Below, piece after piece: positions 9,727 through 18,628 of a stretch of 64,000 nt of DNA (within the stretch, counting starts at the first letter, position 1; each line of letters opens with the position of its first letter). A program made the position numbers and the translations under genes. The notes beneath the pieces were generated by a model. The model made no database searches, was not told the DNA's origin, and was given only the letters and a program-made list of their open reading frames with translations. The stretch spans positions 263-64,262 of the forward strand of contig DASUDA010000191.1 of the NCBI GenBank assembly GCA_036275835.1. The letters run 5' to 3'. Source of the DNA: a bacterium (GTDB taxonomy: Bacteria; Sysuimicrobiota; Sysuimicrobiia; Sysuimicrobiales; Segetimicrobiaceae).

Positions 9727-9761
9727 CGGCGTCTGTGGACCGTCGCCGCGGCCTCGCGCGC

Positions 9762-10985
9762 GTGTCGTCCGGGATCGCCCGTCCCCTCCTGGGGGTCGCA
9801 GCGGTGATGGGACTGGCGGAACTGGGATTCGCGACGGTCATCCCCCTGCTTCCCCTGTACCTGAAGGAGCGCCTGGGCGCGAGCGCCACGCTCGTCGGCG
9901 TCGTGGTCGCGACCTTCGCCGCCGTGGAAACGGTCTTCAAGACCGTGTGGGGAAGCCTGGCCGACCGGATCGGGCGCCGTCCTGTTGTCATCGGCGGTCT
10001 CCTCTTCAGCAGCGCCGCGCCGATCCTGATGGCTTTCCTGCGGGTGCCGGTGCTGTTCATTCCTCTGCGGGTGATCGATGGAACAGGGAGCGCGGCGTTG
10101 TGGCCCTCCGCGGCCGCGGCAATGGCGGACAGCGCGAGTGACGAGAACCGCGCCACAGCGATGGGTACCCTGAACATGTTCTTCCTCTCGGGGCTGGCGC
10201 TGGGGCCGGTCCTCGGCCTGTTCGTGGCCGGCACGTTCGGAGATTACCGCGTGGGATTCTACCTTGCCAGCGCCCTTTTGCTCGTCGCCGCCGGCGTGGC
10301 GGCGCTTGTCTTCCGCGATCGTCGTCCGCGCCCGCAGGGCACGCGGGCGCGCGTCACTGGCGGGGGGATCGGCAGCGCCCTCCGGAGCATCTGGAAATCT
10401 CCCATCCTGCCGGCGATGCTGGCCGTAGCGTTCGTCCAGATGTTTGGGGTGGGGCTGCTCGCTCCGATTCTCGTCATTTATGCGCATGAGGTCGTGCAGC
10501 TCAGCGACCAGGTGATCGGCGCCGTATTCCTTGTGATGGTTTTGGCCGTGGCGATGGCGTCGGTCCCCGGGGGCCGGCTCGCCGACCGGATCGGGCGGTC
10601 CCGGACCGTGGCCTGGGGGATGGTCCTGGCGAGCGCGGGTATGTGGCTGCTCCCCCTGGCCGGGAAGGGAAATCTGGCGGTCCTCGCTGCCTCCGCCGTG
10701 CTTCTCGGCGGGAGTTACGCTGTGTCGTCCCCGGCCTGGCTTGCGCTGATGAGCGAGGCGGCGCCCGCGGGCAGCACCGGCGTGGTCATGGGCGCCTCAG
10801 AAACCGCTCAAGGAGCGGGGCTCGTCATCGGGCCGGTCCTCGGCGGCCTCTTGTACGATCATGCCGGACCGCGGGCCCCATTTCTGGGGAGCGCGCTTCT
10901 TCTCACCGCGGGCACGGTCCTGGCGATCCTGGCTTTCGGCCGCGGGCGAGCGCACGCCCAGCGTCTGCGCCGCCCCACGCTGTAA
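9762..10985 (+). CDS. MFS transporter
   Basis: Twelve-helix hydrophobic profile and MFS loop motifs (GSLADRIGRR..., GRLADRIGR). The start is uncertain: GTG 9762, with GTG 9735 and ATG 9807 as alternatives in the same frame. Confidence 0.7.
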   Translation: MSSGIARPLLGVAAVMGLAELGFATVIPLLPLYLKERLGASATLVGVVVATFAAVETVFKTVWGSLADRIGRRPVVIGGLLFSSAAPILMAFLRVPVLFIPLRVIDGTGSAALWPSAAAAMADSASDENRATAMGTLNMFFLSGLALGPVLGLFVAGTFGDYRVGFYLASALLLVAAGVAALVFRDRRPRPQGTRARVTGGGIGSALRSIWKSPILPAMLAVAFVQMFGVGLLAPILVIYAHEVVQLSDQVIGAVFLVMVLAVAMASVPGGRLADRIGRSRTVAWGMVLASAGMWLLPLAGKGNLAVLAASAVLLGGSYAVSSPAWLALMSEAAPAGSTGVVMGASETAQGAGLVIGPVLGGLLYDHAGPRAPFLGSALLLTAGTVLAILAFGRGRAHAQRLRRPTL

Positions 10986-11293
10986 CCGCCACAGGTATCC
11001 GGAAGACTTCCGCGTTCTCTTCACAAGGTCTAAAAGGGTGCCCATGGGGGCATAAGCGTTTCTGCTCGACATCAGAAAGGCGGCGGAGACCCTTTTTCCA
11101 TGAGATCAGCACGGTGCGTCCCCCCCTTCGCGCCGGCTGGGGCCTTGGGGGGTCACCGCCGCGTTTTGCGGGCCGCGCGCGCGGCCCGTCCAAGGGTGGG
11201 TCGGGCAGGCACCGAGATCACGCCATCCGCACGGAGGGCGAAGCAGCCACCTGGTGATGCACTGAGCCTGCTCCATTCCTGGGGTGATCCCAC

Positions 11294-11845
11294 ATGAAAC
11301 TGGGAGGGCTTCTCCTGGTCCTTCCGATCCTCCTGGCCCTGGTCCCGTCCTCTCCCACGCGGGCCGGCGCGGACCAAGAGTACGCACAGCGGCGTGGGGT
11401 GAAGGTCACGGAGTACGGTCAGGGGCACGCGTTGTGTCCGGTGAGGAGGTTCGTCATTGGAAACGTGGCCGTCCGCGGAGGTCATTGCTACATCCCGGTC
11501 GTTGTCCGCGACAGCGAGGGCACATTCCTGGCGTTCGCAGATCCGCCGGTGAGGATTCACCGGGACCAGCTCGTTCGCCTGGACACTCCCGAAGGAATCA
11601 GCCTGAGGGCCCGCATCCTCTACCGCGTGCCGATGCCGGCGCAGACGTCCGGTCAGACGCTCCCCATTCCGATGAACACGCTGCAACTGGTACGCCTGCG
11701 CCAGGTGGACGAGGAGGTGGAGGACAGTAACGCCGACACGAATGGGGGGCTCGAGATCACTCATGTCGTGAGCTCGCGGCTGACCGTTATCATGACCGAC
11801 GCGCCGCTGCCGAACACGGGCGTGACGTTTGTCGTGCGCTTCTGA
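11294..11845 (+). CDS. Hypothetical secreted protein with an N-terminal signal peptide
   Basis: The hydrophobic leader MKLGGLLLVLPILLALVPSSPTRAGA is followed by a non-repetitive sequence. GC3 is good. I did not recognise a family. Confidence 0.5.
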   Translation: MKLGGLLLVLPILLALVPSSPTRAGADQEYAQRRGVKVTEYGQGHALCPVRRFVIGNVAVRGGHCYIPVVVRDSEGTFLAFADPPVRIHRDQLVRLDTPEGISLRARILYRVPMPAQTSGQTLPIPMNTLQLVRLRQVDEEVEDSNADTNGGLEITHVVSSRLTVIMTDAPLPNTGVTFVVRF

Positions 11846-11947
11846 GCCCGCGGGTCGGCGGTGCGCGTCTAAATTTCCGGCTTTACGTGTACGTAGCAAC
11901 GGGGGTCGCCAGCCCAACGAGACGGCCGACCCCAGGAAGGTGAGACG

Positions 11948-12715
11948 ATGCAGAATCTTCATCGACGTGCAGATGATGGGCCGGTGTCGCTGCGCGGGCA
12001 GGACGGGCACACCATAATGCAGGGCGGCCGCGCAGGCGTCCTGGCCGGAGTCGCCGCAGCGTGGTTCCTGTTGGGCCTCGTCGTAATCTATCCTGCGAGC
12101 GGCCTCGCTCTGACTATGCAGCATAACCCGCACAGGTACCTGACATTCGCCGGGAGGCATCAGATCCTGGTCTGGATGGTCAACGTCCTGGGCGGCATGC
12201 TGTTCCCGCTCCTGGCCGTGGTGCTGCTGTTCGCCCTGGCCGAGCGGTTCCGCGACGACGCGCCTGATCGCGCGCGGATCGGCGGAGCGATCGGGATCGT
12301 CGGGGCGATGGGGTATGCCATCGAGGCTCTGATCAGGCAGGTGGGGTTCGGATCCCTCGTTCCGATGTACGCCCAGAACAAAGCGGGGGCCGCGTACGCC
12401 TTCTACGCGCTCAACGGCACGGCGAACTCCTTCGATGCCCTGGGCGGGGTCGGCGTCGGCATCGCCGCGCTCGTTTTCGGTAACATCATGCTGGGGATGA
12501 GCCGGTACGGACAACTAGGGTATCTGAGCGTCCTCGTGGGGACCCCGTTGATCCTCTCGGCCTTCGTTCCCCACGTGATCCTTACCCTGATCGCGTCCAT
12601 TCTCTCGATCACCTGGTTCATCTGGGTGGGCTATCTCATGTACATGGAAGCCGCGCCCGAGGGCGGCCGCATCCGGTTCGGCGTGGCCGCGAAGAGAGCG
12701 ACGAGAGGCGCGTAA
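11948..12715 (+). CDS. Hypothetical integral membrane protein (about 6 TM helices, DUF4386-like)
   Basis: A good RBS (AGGAAGGTGAG) precedes ATG 11948. The protein has multiple hydrophobic helices. No known catalytic motif was found. Confidence 0.5.
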   Translation: MQNLHRRADDGPVSLRGQDGHTIMQGGRAGVLAGVAAAWFLLGLVVIYPASGLALTMQHNPHRYLTFAGRHQILVWMVNVLGGMLFPLLAVVLLFALAERFRDDAPDRARIGGAIGIVGAMGYAIEALIRQVGFGSLVPMYAQNKAGAAYAFYALNGTANSFDALGGVGVGIAALVFGNIMLGMSRYGQLGYLSVLVGTPLILSAFVPHVILTLIASILSITWFIWVGYLMYMEAAPEGGRIRFGVAAKRATRGA

Positions 12716-12743
12716 CAGGACCATCCAACGCGTCGTACCGCGG

Positions 12744-12791
12744 GGGCCGGTGGAGGCAGTCTTCCACCGGCCCTGCAGTCTGTTTGTAGTT
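12744..12791 (+). terminator. Putative intrinsic terminator after the membrane-protein gene
   Basis: A 10-bp stem (GGCCGGTGGA / TCCACCGGCC) with an 8-nt loop is followed by an interrupted T-rich stretch (ctgcagtctgtttgtagttt). Confidence 0.35.
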
Positions 12792-12952
12792 TACTGCTCT
12801 GTGCTTCGGGTCTTCTTCCATTGCCGCCACGAAGGATCGGGAGAGAACACGCTGACCATGCTTCAGTATTCGTGGAATTGGATACCAGAAAATTCACGGT
12901 GGGCACATCCTTGGCGGATGCGGCGGTTTGGGGACTTCCTATCTCCCTCGCC

Positions 12953-12981
12953 TTGACCCCCTCAATAGCCATCCATATACT
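12953..12981 (+). promoter_or_regulatory. Near-consensus sigma-A promoter: TTGACC, 17-nt spacer, TATACT, upstream of the DJ-1/PfpI gene
   Basis: Read directly. The reading frame against the ORF track confirms the coordinates. It is followed by a ~50-nt leader and the RBS GGGGGTGA. Confidence 0.5.
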
Positions 12982-13038
12982 GAGACCTGTACATGCCTGT
13001 ATCGACTCAGGCGGGACACATCCCCCGGGGGTGATGTG

Positions 13039-13581
13039 ATGGATCTTAGCGGCAAGAAGGTGGCGGTGCTCGCGGAAGATCACTACGAGAACCTGGAACT
13101 CTGGTATCCTGTTCTGCGGCTGCGCGAGGCCGGGGCCCAGGTGACGATCGTGGGCCCGAAGGCGGGAGAGACGTACAAGAGCAAGGAGGGGTATCCGGCG
13201 AAGGCCGACATCTCGATGGAGGATGCCCGGGCCTCCGAGTTCCACGCCGTGGTCGTGCCCGGCGGATACGCGCCGGACCGGATGCGGCGGTATCCGGCGA
13301 TGCTCCGTTTGGTCCGGGAGGCGTTTGAGCAGGGGAAGGTCGTGGCGGCGATCTGCCACGCGGCCTGGGTGCCGATCTCAGCCGGGATCGTGAAGGGCAG
13401 GACGATGACGTGTGTCAGCGCCGTCAAGGATGACGTCATCAACGCCGGGGCCCGCTACGTCGACCAGGAAGTCGTCGTCGACGGCAACCTGATCACCTCG
13501 CGGACGCCCCCGGACCTGCCGGCGTTCTGCCGCGAGATCATCAAGGCGCTCAGCGCAGCCAAAGTCGCCGCCCGGGCGTAA
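13039..13581 (+). CDS. DJ-1/PfpI family protein (glyoxalase III / intracellular protease type)
   Basis: Conserved nucleophile elbow AICHAAW, and VVVPGG, in a DJ-1/PfpI-length protein (180 aa). Confidence 0.85.
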   Translation: MDLSGKKVAVLAEDHYENLELWYPVLRLREAGAQVTIVGPKAGETYKSKEGYPAKADISMEDARASEFHAVVVPGGYAPDRMRRYPAMLRLVREAFEQGKVVAAICHAAWVPISAGIVKGRTMTCVSAVKDDVINAGARYVDQEVVVDGNLITSRTPPDLPAFCREIIKALSAAKVAARA

Positions 13582-13612
13582 CGGGGGTGGTCTGCTGCCG
13601 GGCCCACCCGGT

Positions 13613-14275
13613 GTGCCCCGCGTGATCCTGGATGGGTTTCCGGTGGGTCCGGTCGGAGCGAACTGCTATATCTTTGGCGATGAGTCCACCGGCGACGTCT
13701 TTGTGATCGATCCGGGAGACGAGCCGGACCGAATCCTCGACACGCTGCGGAAGCGAGGCGTCCGCGCCGCGGCGATCGTGAACACGCACGGACACTTCGA
13801 TCATGTCCAGGGCGTCGAAGCGGTGCGCCAGGCTACGGGCGCGCCGTTCTGGATTCACGAAGCGGAGCGCGACGTTCTGGCGCACGGCCCTGCCCGCGCG
13901 AAGATGATGTTCGGTATCGACCTCCCGCCCTCGCCGGTGCCGAACCGATGGCTCCGGGAGGGGGACCGGCTGCAGGTAGGCGCTCTCGCCCTGGATGTCA
14001 GGCACACACCCGGGCACAGTCCCGGAGGAGTGTGCCTCCTGGGAGACGGTCTCGCCTTCGTCGGAGATACGCTGTTTGCGGGAAGCATCGGGCGAACGGA
14101 CATTCCGGGCGGGGACCTCGACACGCTCCTCGCTTCGATCGCCCGCGTGCTCCTGCCGCTTCCGGAGGACACGGTCTGCTATCCGGGCCACGGCCCCGAC
14201 ACGACGATGGGAGAGGAGAAGCGCACAAATCCATTTCTGGTTCCGCTCGTGCGCAGGTCTCCTGAGGACGAATAG
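13613..14275 (+). CDS. MBL-fold metallo-hydrolase (hydroxyacylglutathione-hydrolase-like)
   Basis: HxHxDH motif (THGHFDHVQG) plus the downstream His/Asp ligands (TPGHSPG, GDTLF). Confidence 0.85.
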   Translation: MPRVILDGFPVGPVGANCYIFGDESTGDVFVIDPGDEPDRILDTLRKRGVRAAAIVNTHGHFDHVQGVEAVRQATGAPFWIHEAERDVLAHGPARAKMMFGIDLPPSPVPNRWLREGDRLQVGALALDVRHTPGHSPGGVCLLGDGLAFVGDTLFAGSIGRTDIPGGDLDTLLASIARVLLPLPEDTVCYPGHGPDTTMGEEKRTNPFLVPLVRRSPEDE

Positions 14276-14326
14276 AAAACCTTCTTACACGGGTCGAAAA
14301 CCATCCCAGAAACGAGGTGAGCTCTC

Positions 14327-14752
14327 ATGCTTCAGCACCTGTTCGGCGGACTGGCACCCTGGGGACCTGATTTCCTGCGCCTGGGCGCGGGGATCATCTT
14401 TGTCATGCACGGGTACCCGAAGCTGTTCGGTGCGAAGCCCGGCCCGAAGGGCTTTGCCGGATATCTTCAGAGCATGGGATTCAGTCCGCCGCTCTTCTGG
14501 GCCTACCTGGTCGCCCTCGCGGAGTTCTTGGGGGGAGTCTGCTTCCTCCTCGGGTTTCTCACGCGCCTCTTCGCGCTCGTCCTTGCCCTCGAGTTCCTGG
14601 TCATCATTCTCAAGGTGAAGTGGGCCAAAGGTCTCGATCTCGGCAAGGGCGGCTGGGAGTACGACTGGGCGCTGTTGATGATGGCGCTCTCGCTTCTAGT
14701 GACGGGCCCCGGGCGGTGGGCGCTCGACAGCAGGATTCCAACCGGGTTCTGA
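14327..14752 (+). CDS. DoxX family membrane protein
   Basis: Four TM helices and the DoxX pattern (GAGIIFVMHGYPKLFG). Confidence 0.75.
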   Translation: MLQHLFGGLAPWGPDFLRLGAGIIFVMHGYPKLFGAKPGPKGFAGYLQSMGFSPPLFWAYLVALAEFLGGVCFLLGFLTRLFALVLALEFLVIILKVKWAKGLDLGKGGWEYDWALLMMALSLLVTGPGRWALDSRIPTGF

Positions 14753-14772
14753 CCGGCACTGAACGATAGTCC

Positions 14773-15510
14773 GTGCCGGTGCCGCCTCCCCCGCGCCTGG
14801 TCTTCGTGCACGGCGCGGGGGGAACGTCTCGTGGCTGGGACCTGCAGCGCCTGGCCTTTCCGGAGGCGCTGGCTGTCGACCTTCCGGGCCGCGGCGGCGA
14901 GCGACCTGCATACCGGCGGATCGAAGATTCTGCCGCCTGGCTCCGGGCGGCCGGGCGCGCAGAGGGGTGGTTCCCGGCTGTCCTGGCGGGACACTCGATG
15001 GGCGGAGCGATCGCCCTGTGGTCGGCTCTTTCCTACCCGGACGATCTCGCGGGCCTCGTGCTGATTGCCACAGGAGCCCGCCTCCGGGTGGCTCAGGCGA
15101 TCCGTGAGATGCTGGCCTCCGATTACCCGGCGGCGGTGGACGCGATCATCGCGCGGTCGCTCGGCCCGGGTGCGGATCCCAGGCTCGCGCGCAGGCTCGG
15201 CGAGGCCATGAGGGCTGTCCCGGCGGAGGTCACCGCGGCGGACTTCCAGGCCTGCGACACCTTCGACGTCATGGGACGTCTCGAGGAGATCCGCATCCCG
15301 GCGCTCGTGATCGCCGGACGCGAGGATCAGATGACGCCTCCGCGGTACGCGGAGTTCCTGCATGCGCACCTGACCCGGTCCCGCCTGGCCTGGGTGGAGG
15401 GAGCAGGGCACATGGTGCACGTCGAGCGGCCCCGGGAGGTGAATGAGGCGATTCGCCTATTCCTGGACGATCTCGGCGCTGCCGGCACTGGTCATCCTGC
15501 GCAAGGGTAG
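14773..15510 (+). CDS. Alpha/beta hydrolase; first gene of the putative catabolic operon
   Basis: VFVHGAGG oxyanion region and the nucleophile elbow GHSMGG. It has a GTG start. Confidence 0.75.
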   Translation: MPVPPPPRLVFVHGAGGTSRGWDLQRLAFPEALAVDLPGRGGERPAYRRIEDSAAWLRAAGRAEGWFPAVLAGHSMGGAIALWSALSYPDDLAGLVLIATGARLRVAQAIREMLASDYPAAVDAIIARSLGPGADPRLARRLGEAMRAVPAEVTAADFQACDTFDVMGRLEEIRIPALVIAGREDQMTPPRYAEFLHAHLTRSRLAWVEGAGHMVHVERPREVNEAIRLFLDDLGAAGTGHPAQG

Positions 15511-15553
15511 CCGAGGGGAGGACCGGCTCCGGACGCCGGGGAATACTCGCGCG

Positions 15554-16363
15554 ATGAAGCCCGCCACGAATCTGCGTCAACGAGAGGGAGCGTCCCCCCG
15601 GGACCTCCGGCTGCGTATGCGCCGCGGGGAATGGCAGACCCCGACCGCCGGGCTGGCCCCCGGGTTTGCCCAGGCGAACCTGGTGGTCGTGTCCCGGGAG
15701 ATGGCGTACGACTTCCTCGTGTTTTGTCAGCGGAACCCGAAACCCTGTCCGCTTATTGATGTGACCGATCCGGGGAGCCCTGAGCCGGCCTTCGCCGCTC
15801 CGGGGGCAGACCTGCGGACCGACCTCCCCCGGTACCGCGTGTACCGGCAGGGGAGGCTGGACGCCGAGGAGACCGAGATCACCCGCTGCTGGCGGCCCGA
15901 TCTTGTGGGGTTTCTCCTGGGATGCTCGTTCACGTTCGAGGGGGCGATGCAGCGCGCCGGGCTCCCCGTCCGCCACATTGAGGACGGCCGGAACGCTCCG
16001 ATGTACGTCACGGCCATCCCCTGCCGCCCTGCAGGCCCGTTCCGTGGCCCCATGGTCGTCAGCATGCGGCCGTTTCCCCCGGGAGACGTTCCACGCGCGA
16101 TGCTCGTGACGGGGCGCTATCCCCGCGCGCACGGGGCCCCCGTCCACGCCGGCGATCCAGGGGCGATCGGCATCCGGGACCTCGCCCGTCCGGAGTTCGG
16201 AGACCCTCCACGGATGGAACCGGGAGAGGTGCCGGTGTTCTGGGCGTGTGGGGTGACCCCGCAGGCCGTAGCCCAGGCCGCCAGTGTCGATTTCATGATC
16301 ACCCACGCGCCCGGGCACATGTTCATCACCGATCTTCTCGACGAGGATCTGGCGGCCGGCTGA
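15554..16363 (+). CDS. YcsI/UPF0317 (DUF1445) putative hydro-lyase; D-glutamate-cyclase-like
   Basis: Family-typical blocks [63 protein letters not shown]. The ATG at 15554 was chosen from within the longer track ORF. Confidence 0.75.
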   Translation: MKPATNLRQREGASPRDLRLRMRRGEWQTPTAGLAPGFAQANLVVVSREMAYDFLVFCQRNPKPCPLIDVTDPGSPEPAFAAPGADLRTDLPRYRVYRQGRLDAEETEITRCWRPDLVGFLLGCSFTFEGAMQRAGLPVRHIEDGRNAPMYVTAIPCRPAGPFRGPMVVSMRPFPPGDVPRAMLVTGRYPRAHGAPVHAGDPGAIGIRDLARPEFGDPPRMEPGEVPVFWACGVTPQAVAQAASVDFMITHAPGHMFITDLLDEDLAAG

Positions 16364-16388
16364 CCCACGACGCGACCACGGGCTGGAG

Positions 16389-17681
16389 GTGAAGATCATG
16401 CAGCGGCATCGTGTCACGCGACGCGGCTTCCTGAAGCTGTCCGGGGTGGCCGCCCTGGCCGCAGGCGGGTGGCGGGCCGGTCCGGCGTCGGCACAAGCGG
16501 AGGAGATCAAGATTGGAGCCCTCTACCCGCTCACGGGGTCGCTGGCCCGGGTCGGGGCGAACATGAAGAAGGCCGTGGATCTCGCGGTCGAGATCATCAA
16601 CGCACCGCACCCCGAGCTCGCCCCCCTTACCCTGGCGGCCTCGTCCGGGCTGCCTCGCCTCGGGGGGCGCAGGATCCGCCTGGTGTGGGCGGACGCCAAG
16701 GATCCGGCGACAGCGCGGGCGGAGGCGGAGCGGCTCATCGACGAGGAAAAAGTCGTCGCGTTGATGGGATGTTACGCCAGCGCGTTCACCGCCACGGCCA
16801 GCCTGGCGGCGGAAACCCGAGGCGTTCCGTTTGTGAACCCGGAATCCTCCTCGCCCACCCTCACCAAGCGGGATTTCAAGTGGTTCTTCCGCACCGGGCC
16901 GCACGATGGGATCTTCACCGCGATGTTCTACAAGATGTTCGCCGACCTCAAGACGCAGGGCCGGCGCATCGGCAAGATCGCGATCCTCTCGGAGAACACC
17001 GAGTTCGGCGCCAGCGCAACACGCGTAGAAGAAGAGATGGGTAAGAGTGAAGGCTATCAACTGGTGGCGCGCGAGATGTACACCTCTCCCCCGGCGAGCC
17101 TCGATGCCGAGCTGACCCGCATCCGGGCATCCGCACCCGACGCGCTCATCGCCAATGGCTACCTGATCGATGCTGTGACGACGATCAGGACGCTCAAGAC
17201 GATGGGGTACTTCCCGCCGGCGCTGGTGGCGCAGGATTCCGGCTACGTCCTTCCCGACTACGTGAAAGACACGGGCAAGGACGGAGACTACATTATCAGC
17301 CGGGCGTCGTGGGCGTTGGGCCTCGGCGTGCGCAAGCCGCTTGTCCGGAAAGTCAACGATGTGTACCGCAGCCGCTACAATGAGGACATGGACGAGACGA
17401 ATGCGCGGAGTTTTACGGGGCTCCTCGCGCTGGCGGATGCCATCAACCGGGGGGGCGGGACCGGGCCCACACTGATCCTCCAAGGGCTGCTCACAACGAA
17501 CATTCCCGGGGGAGAGACGATCATGCCGTGGCAGGGGATCAAGTTTGACAAGGATGGCCAGAACATGTACGCCATCGGCGTCATGGTGCAGTTGCTCGGC
17601 GGCCAGTACAAGGTCGTCTGGCCGTTCGATCTGGCGGAGACGGCGGTCGTCTGGCCCGCCCCGGCGTGGGCGAACCGCTGA
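16389..17681 (+). CDS. ABC transporter substrate-binding protein (Liv/branched-chain amino acid type) with a Tat-like signal
   Basis: RRGFLKLSGVAALAAG twin-arginine leader and a periplasmic-binding-protein type I fold pattern. Confidence 0.8.
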   Translation: MKIMQRHRVTRRGFLKLSGVAALAAGGWRAGPASAQAEEIKIGALYPLTGSLARVGANMKKAVDLAVEIINAPHPELAPLTLAASSGLPRLGGRRIRLVWADAKDPATARAEAERLIDEEKVVALMGCYASAFTATASLAAETRGVPFVNPESSSPTLTKRDFKWFFRTGPHDGIFTAMFYKMFADLKTQGRRIGKIAILSENTEFGASATRVEEEMGKSEGYQLVAREMYTSPPASLDAELTRIRASAPDALIANGYLIDAVTTIRTLKTMGYFPPALVAQDSGYVLPDYVKDTGKDGDYIISRASWALGLGVRKPLVRKVNDVYRSRYNEDMDETNARSFTGLLALADAINRGGGTGPTLILQGLLTTNIPGGETIMPWQGIKFDKDGQNMYAIGVMVQLLGGQYKVVWPFDLAETAVVWPAPAWANR

Positions 17682-17761
17682 CCGTCCGGCGGCCCCTCTC
17701 GGTCCATTTGGGGGAGCCCACCCCGCGCCTGCGGGGGTAGTCCCTCCGACAGCCGCAGCGC

Positions 17762-18628
17762 GTGGATCTCTTTCTCGCCGCGTCTGTCAACGGCCTCATC
17801 ATGGGACTCGTCTATGCCCTGGTGTCCCTGGGCCTCGGATTGATCTGGGGCGTCATGGACGTGGTGAACTTTGCGCACGCGGAGTACATGATGCTGGCGA
17901 TGTACGCTACCTTTTTTGCCGGCGGGTGGCTGCACCTGGACCCCTTCGGAGCGCTTCCGCTGGTCGCCCTGCTGGGATTCGCCGCCGGAGTGGGGACGTA
18001 CGTGGTCCTGATCCGCCGGATCGTGGGCGCCTCGATGGTCACCCAGATCTTCGCGACCTTTGGGCTGCTGTTCTTTCTCCGCTACCTGGCCTTCGCCGTT
18101 TTCGGCCCCGATTTCCGCGGGATCACCTGGCCTCTCGCGGGCGGCAGCATCGAGATCGCCGGCGTGCCGGTGAGCACGGCCAAAGCCCTGGCGGCGTCGG
18201 CGGCGCTCGTCACTTACGCGGGTCTGCACATGTTCTTACAGTACACGAAGACCGGAAAAGCCCTCCAGGCCGCGGCCCAGAACCCGGTCGCCGCCCTCGC
18301 CCTCGGGATTGAGGTGGACCGGATGTACGCGCTGGCGTGGGGCCTCAGCATCGCCACGGCTGCGGTCGCCGGGAACTTCCTCCTCCCGTTCTACCAGGTC
18401 AGCCCCACGGTGGCCGATGCCTTCCTGTTGATCACGTTTGCGAGTGTCGTGCTCGGCGGGTTCGGCAGCCTGCTCGGGCCGCTGGTGGGGGGTGTGGCGA
18501 TCGGGCTCATTGAAGGGATCGCCGGGACGCTGATCTCGCCGACGTTCAAATTGTTCTTTGTCTTTGCGGTGTTTCTGCTCGTGCTCTTCCTGCGGCCCGC
18601 GGGGCTCCTCGGCGCAGCGCAGAGATGA
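17762..18628 (+). CDS. Branched-chain amino acid ABC transporter permease (LivH-like)
   Basis: Polytopic membrane protein with the LivH-type N-terminus (LIMGLVYALVSLGL). Confidence 0.8.
   Translation: MDLFLAASVNGLIMGLVYALVSLGLGLIWGVMDVVNFAHAEYMMLAMYATFFAGGWLHLDPFGALPLVALLGFAAGVGTYVVLIRRIVGASMVTQIFATFGLLFFLRYLAFAVFGPDFRGITWPLAGGSIEIAGVPVSTAKALAASAALVTYAGLHMFLQYTKTGKALQAAAQNPVAALALGIEVDRMYALAWGLSIATAAVAGNFLLPFYQVSPTVADAFLLITFASVVLGGFGSLLGPLVGGVAIGLIEGIAGTLISPTFKLFFVFAVFLLVLFLRPAGLLGAAQR

Noticed and set aside
10986-11010. Terminator for the MFS gene (CGGAA-gac-TTCCG followed by CGTTCTCTTC).
   Set aside because: The stem is only 5 bp and the tract is pyrimidine-rich rather than U-rich, so it is too weak to list as a feature.
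14753-14779. Hairpin CCGGCAC-13 nt-GTGCCGG between doxX and the hydrolase gene.
   Set aside because: It is a 7-bp stem with no U-tract, and it overlaps the GTG start of the next gene. It could be a minor structure occluding the start codon, but it is too weak to call a terminator or regulator.
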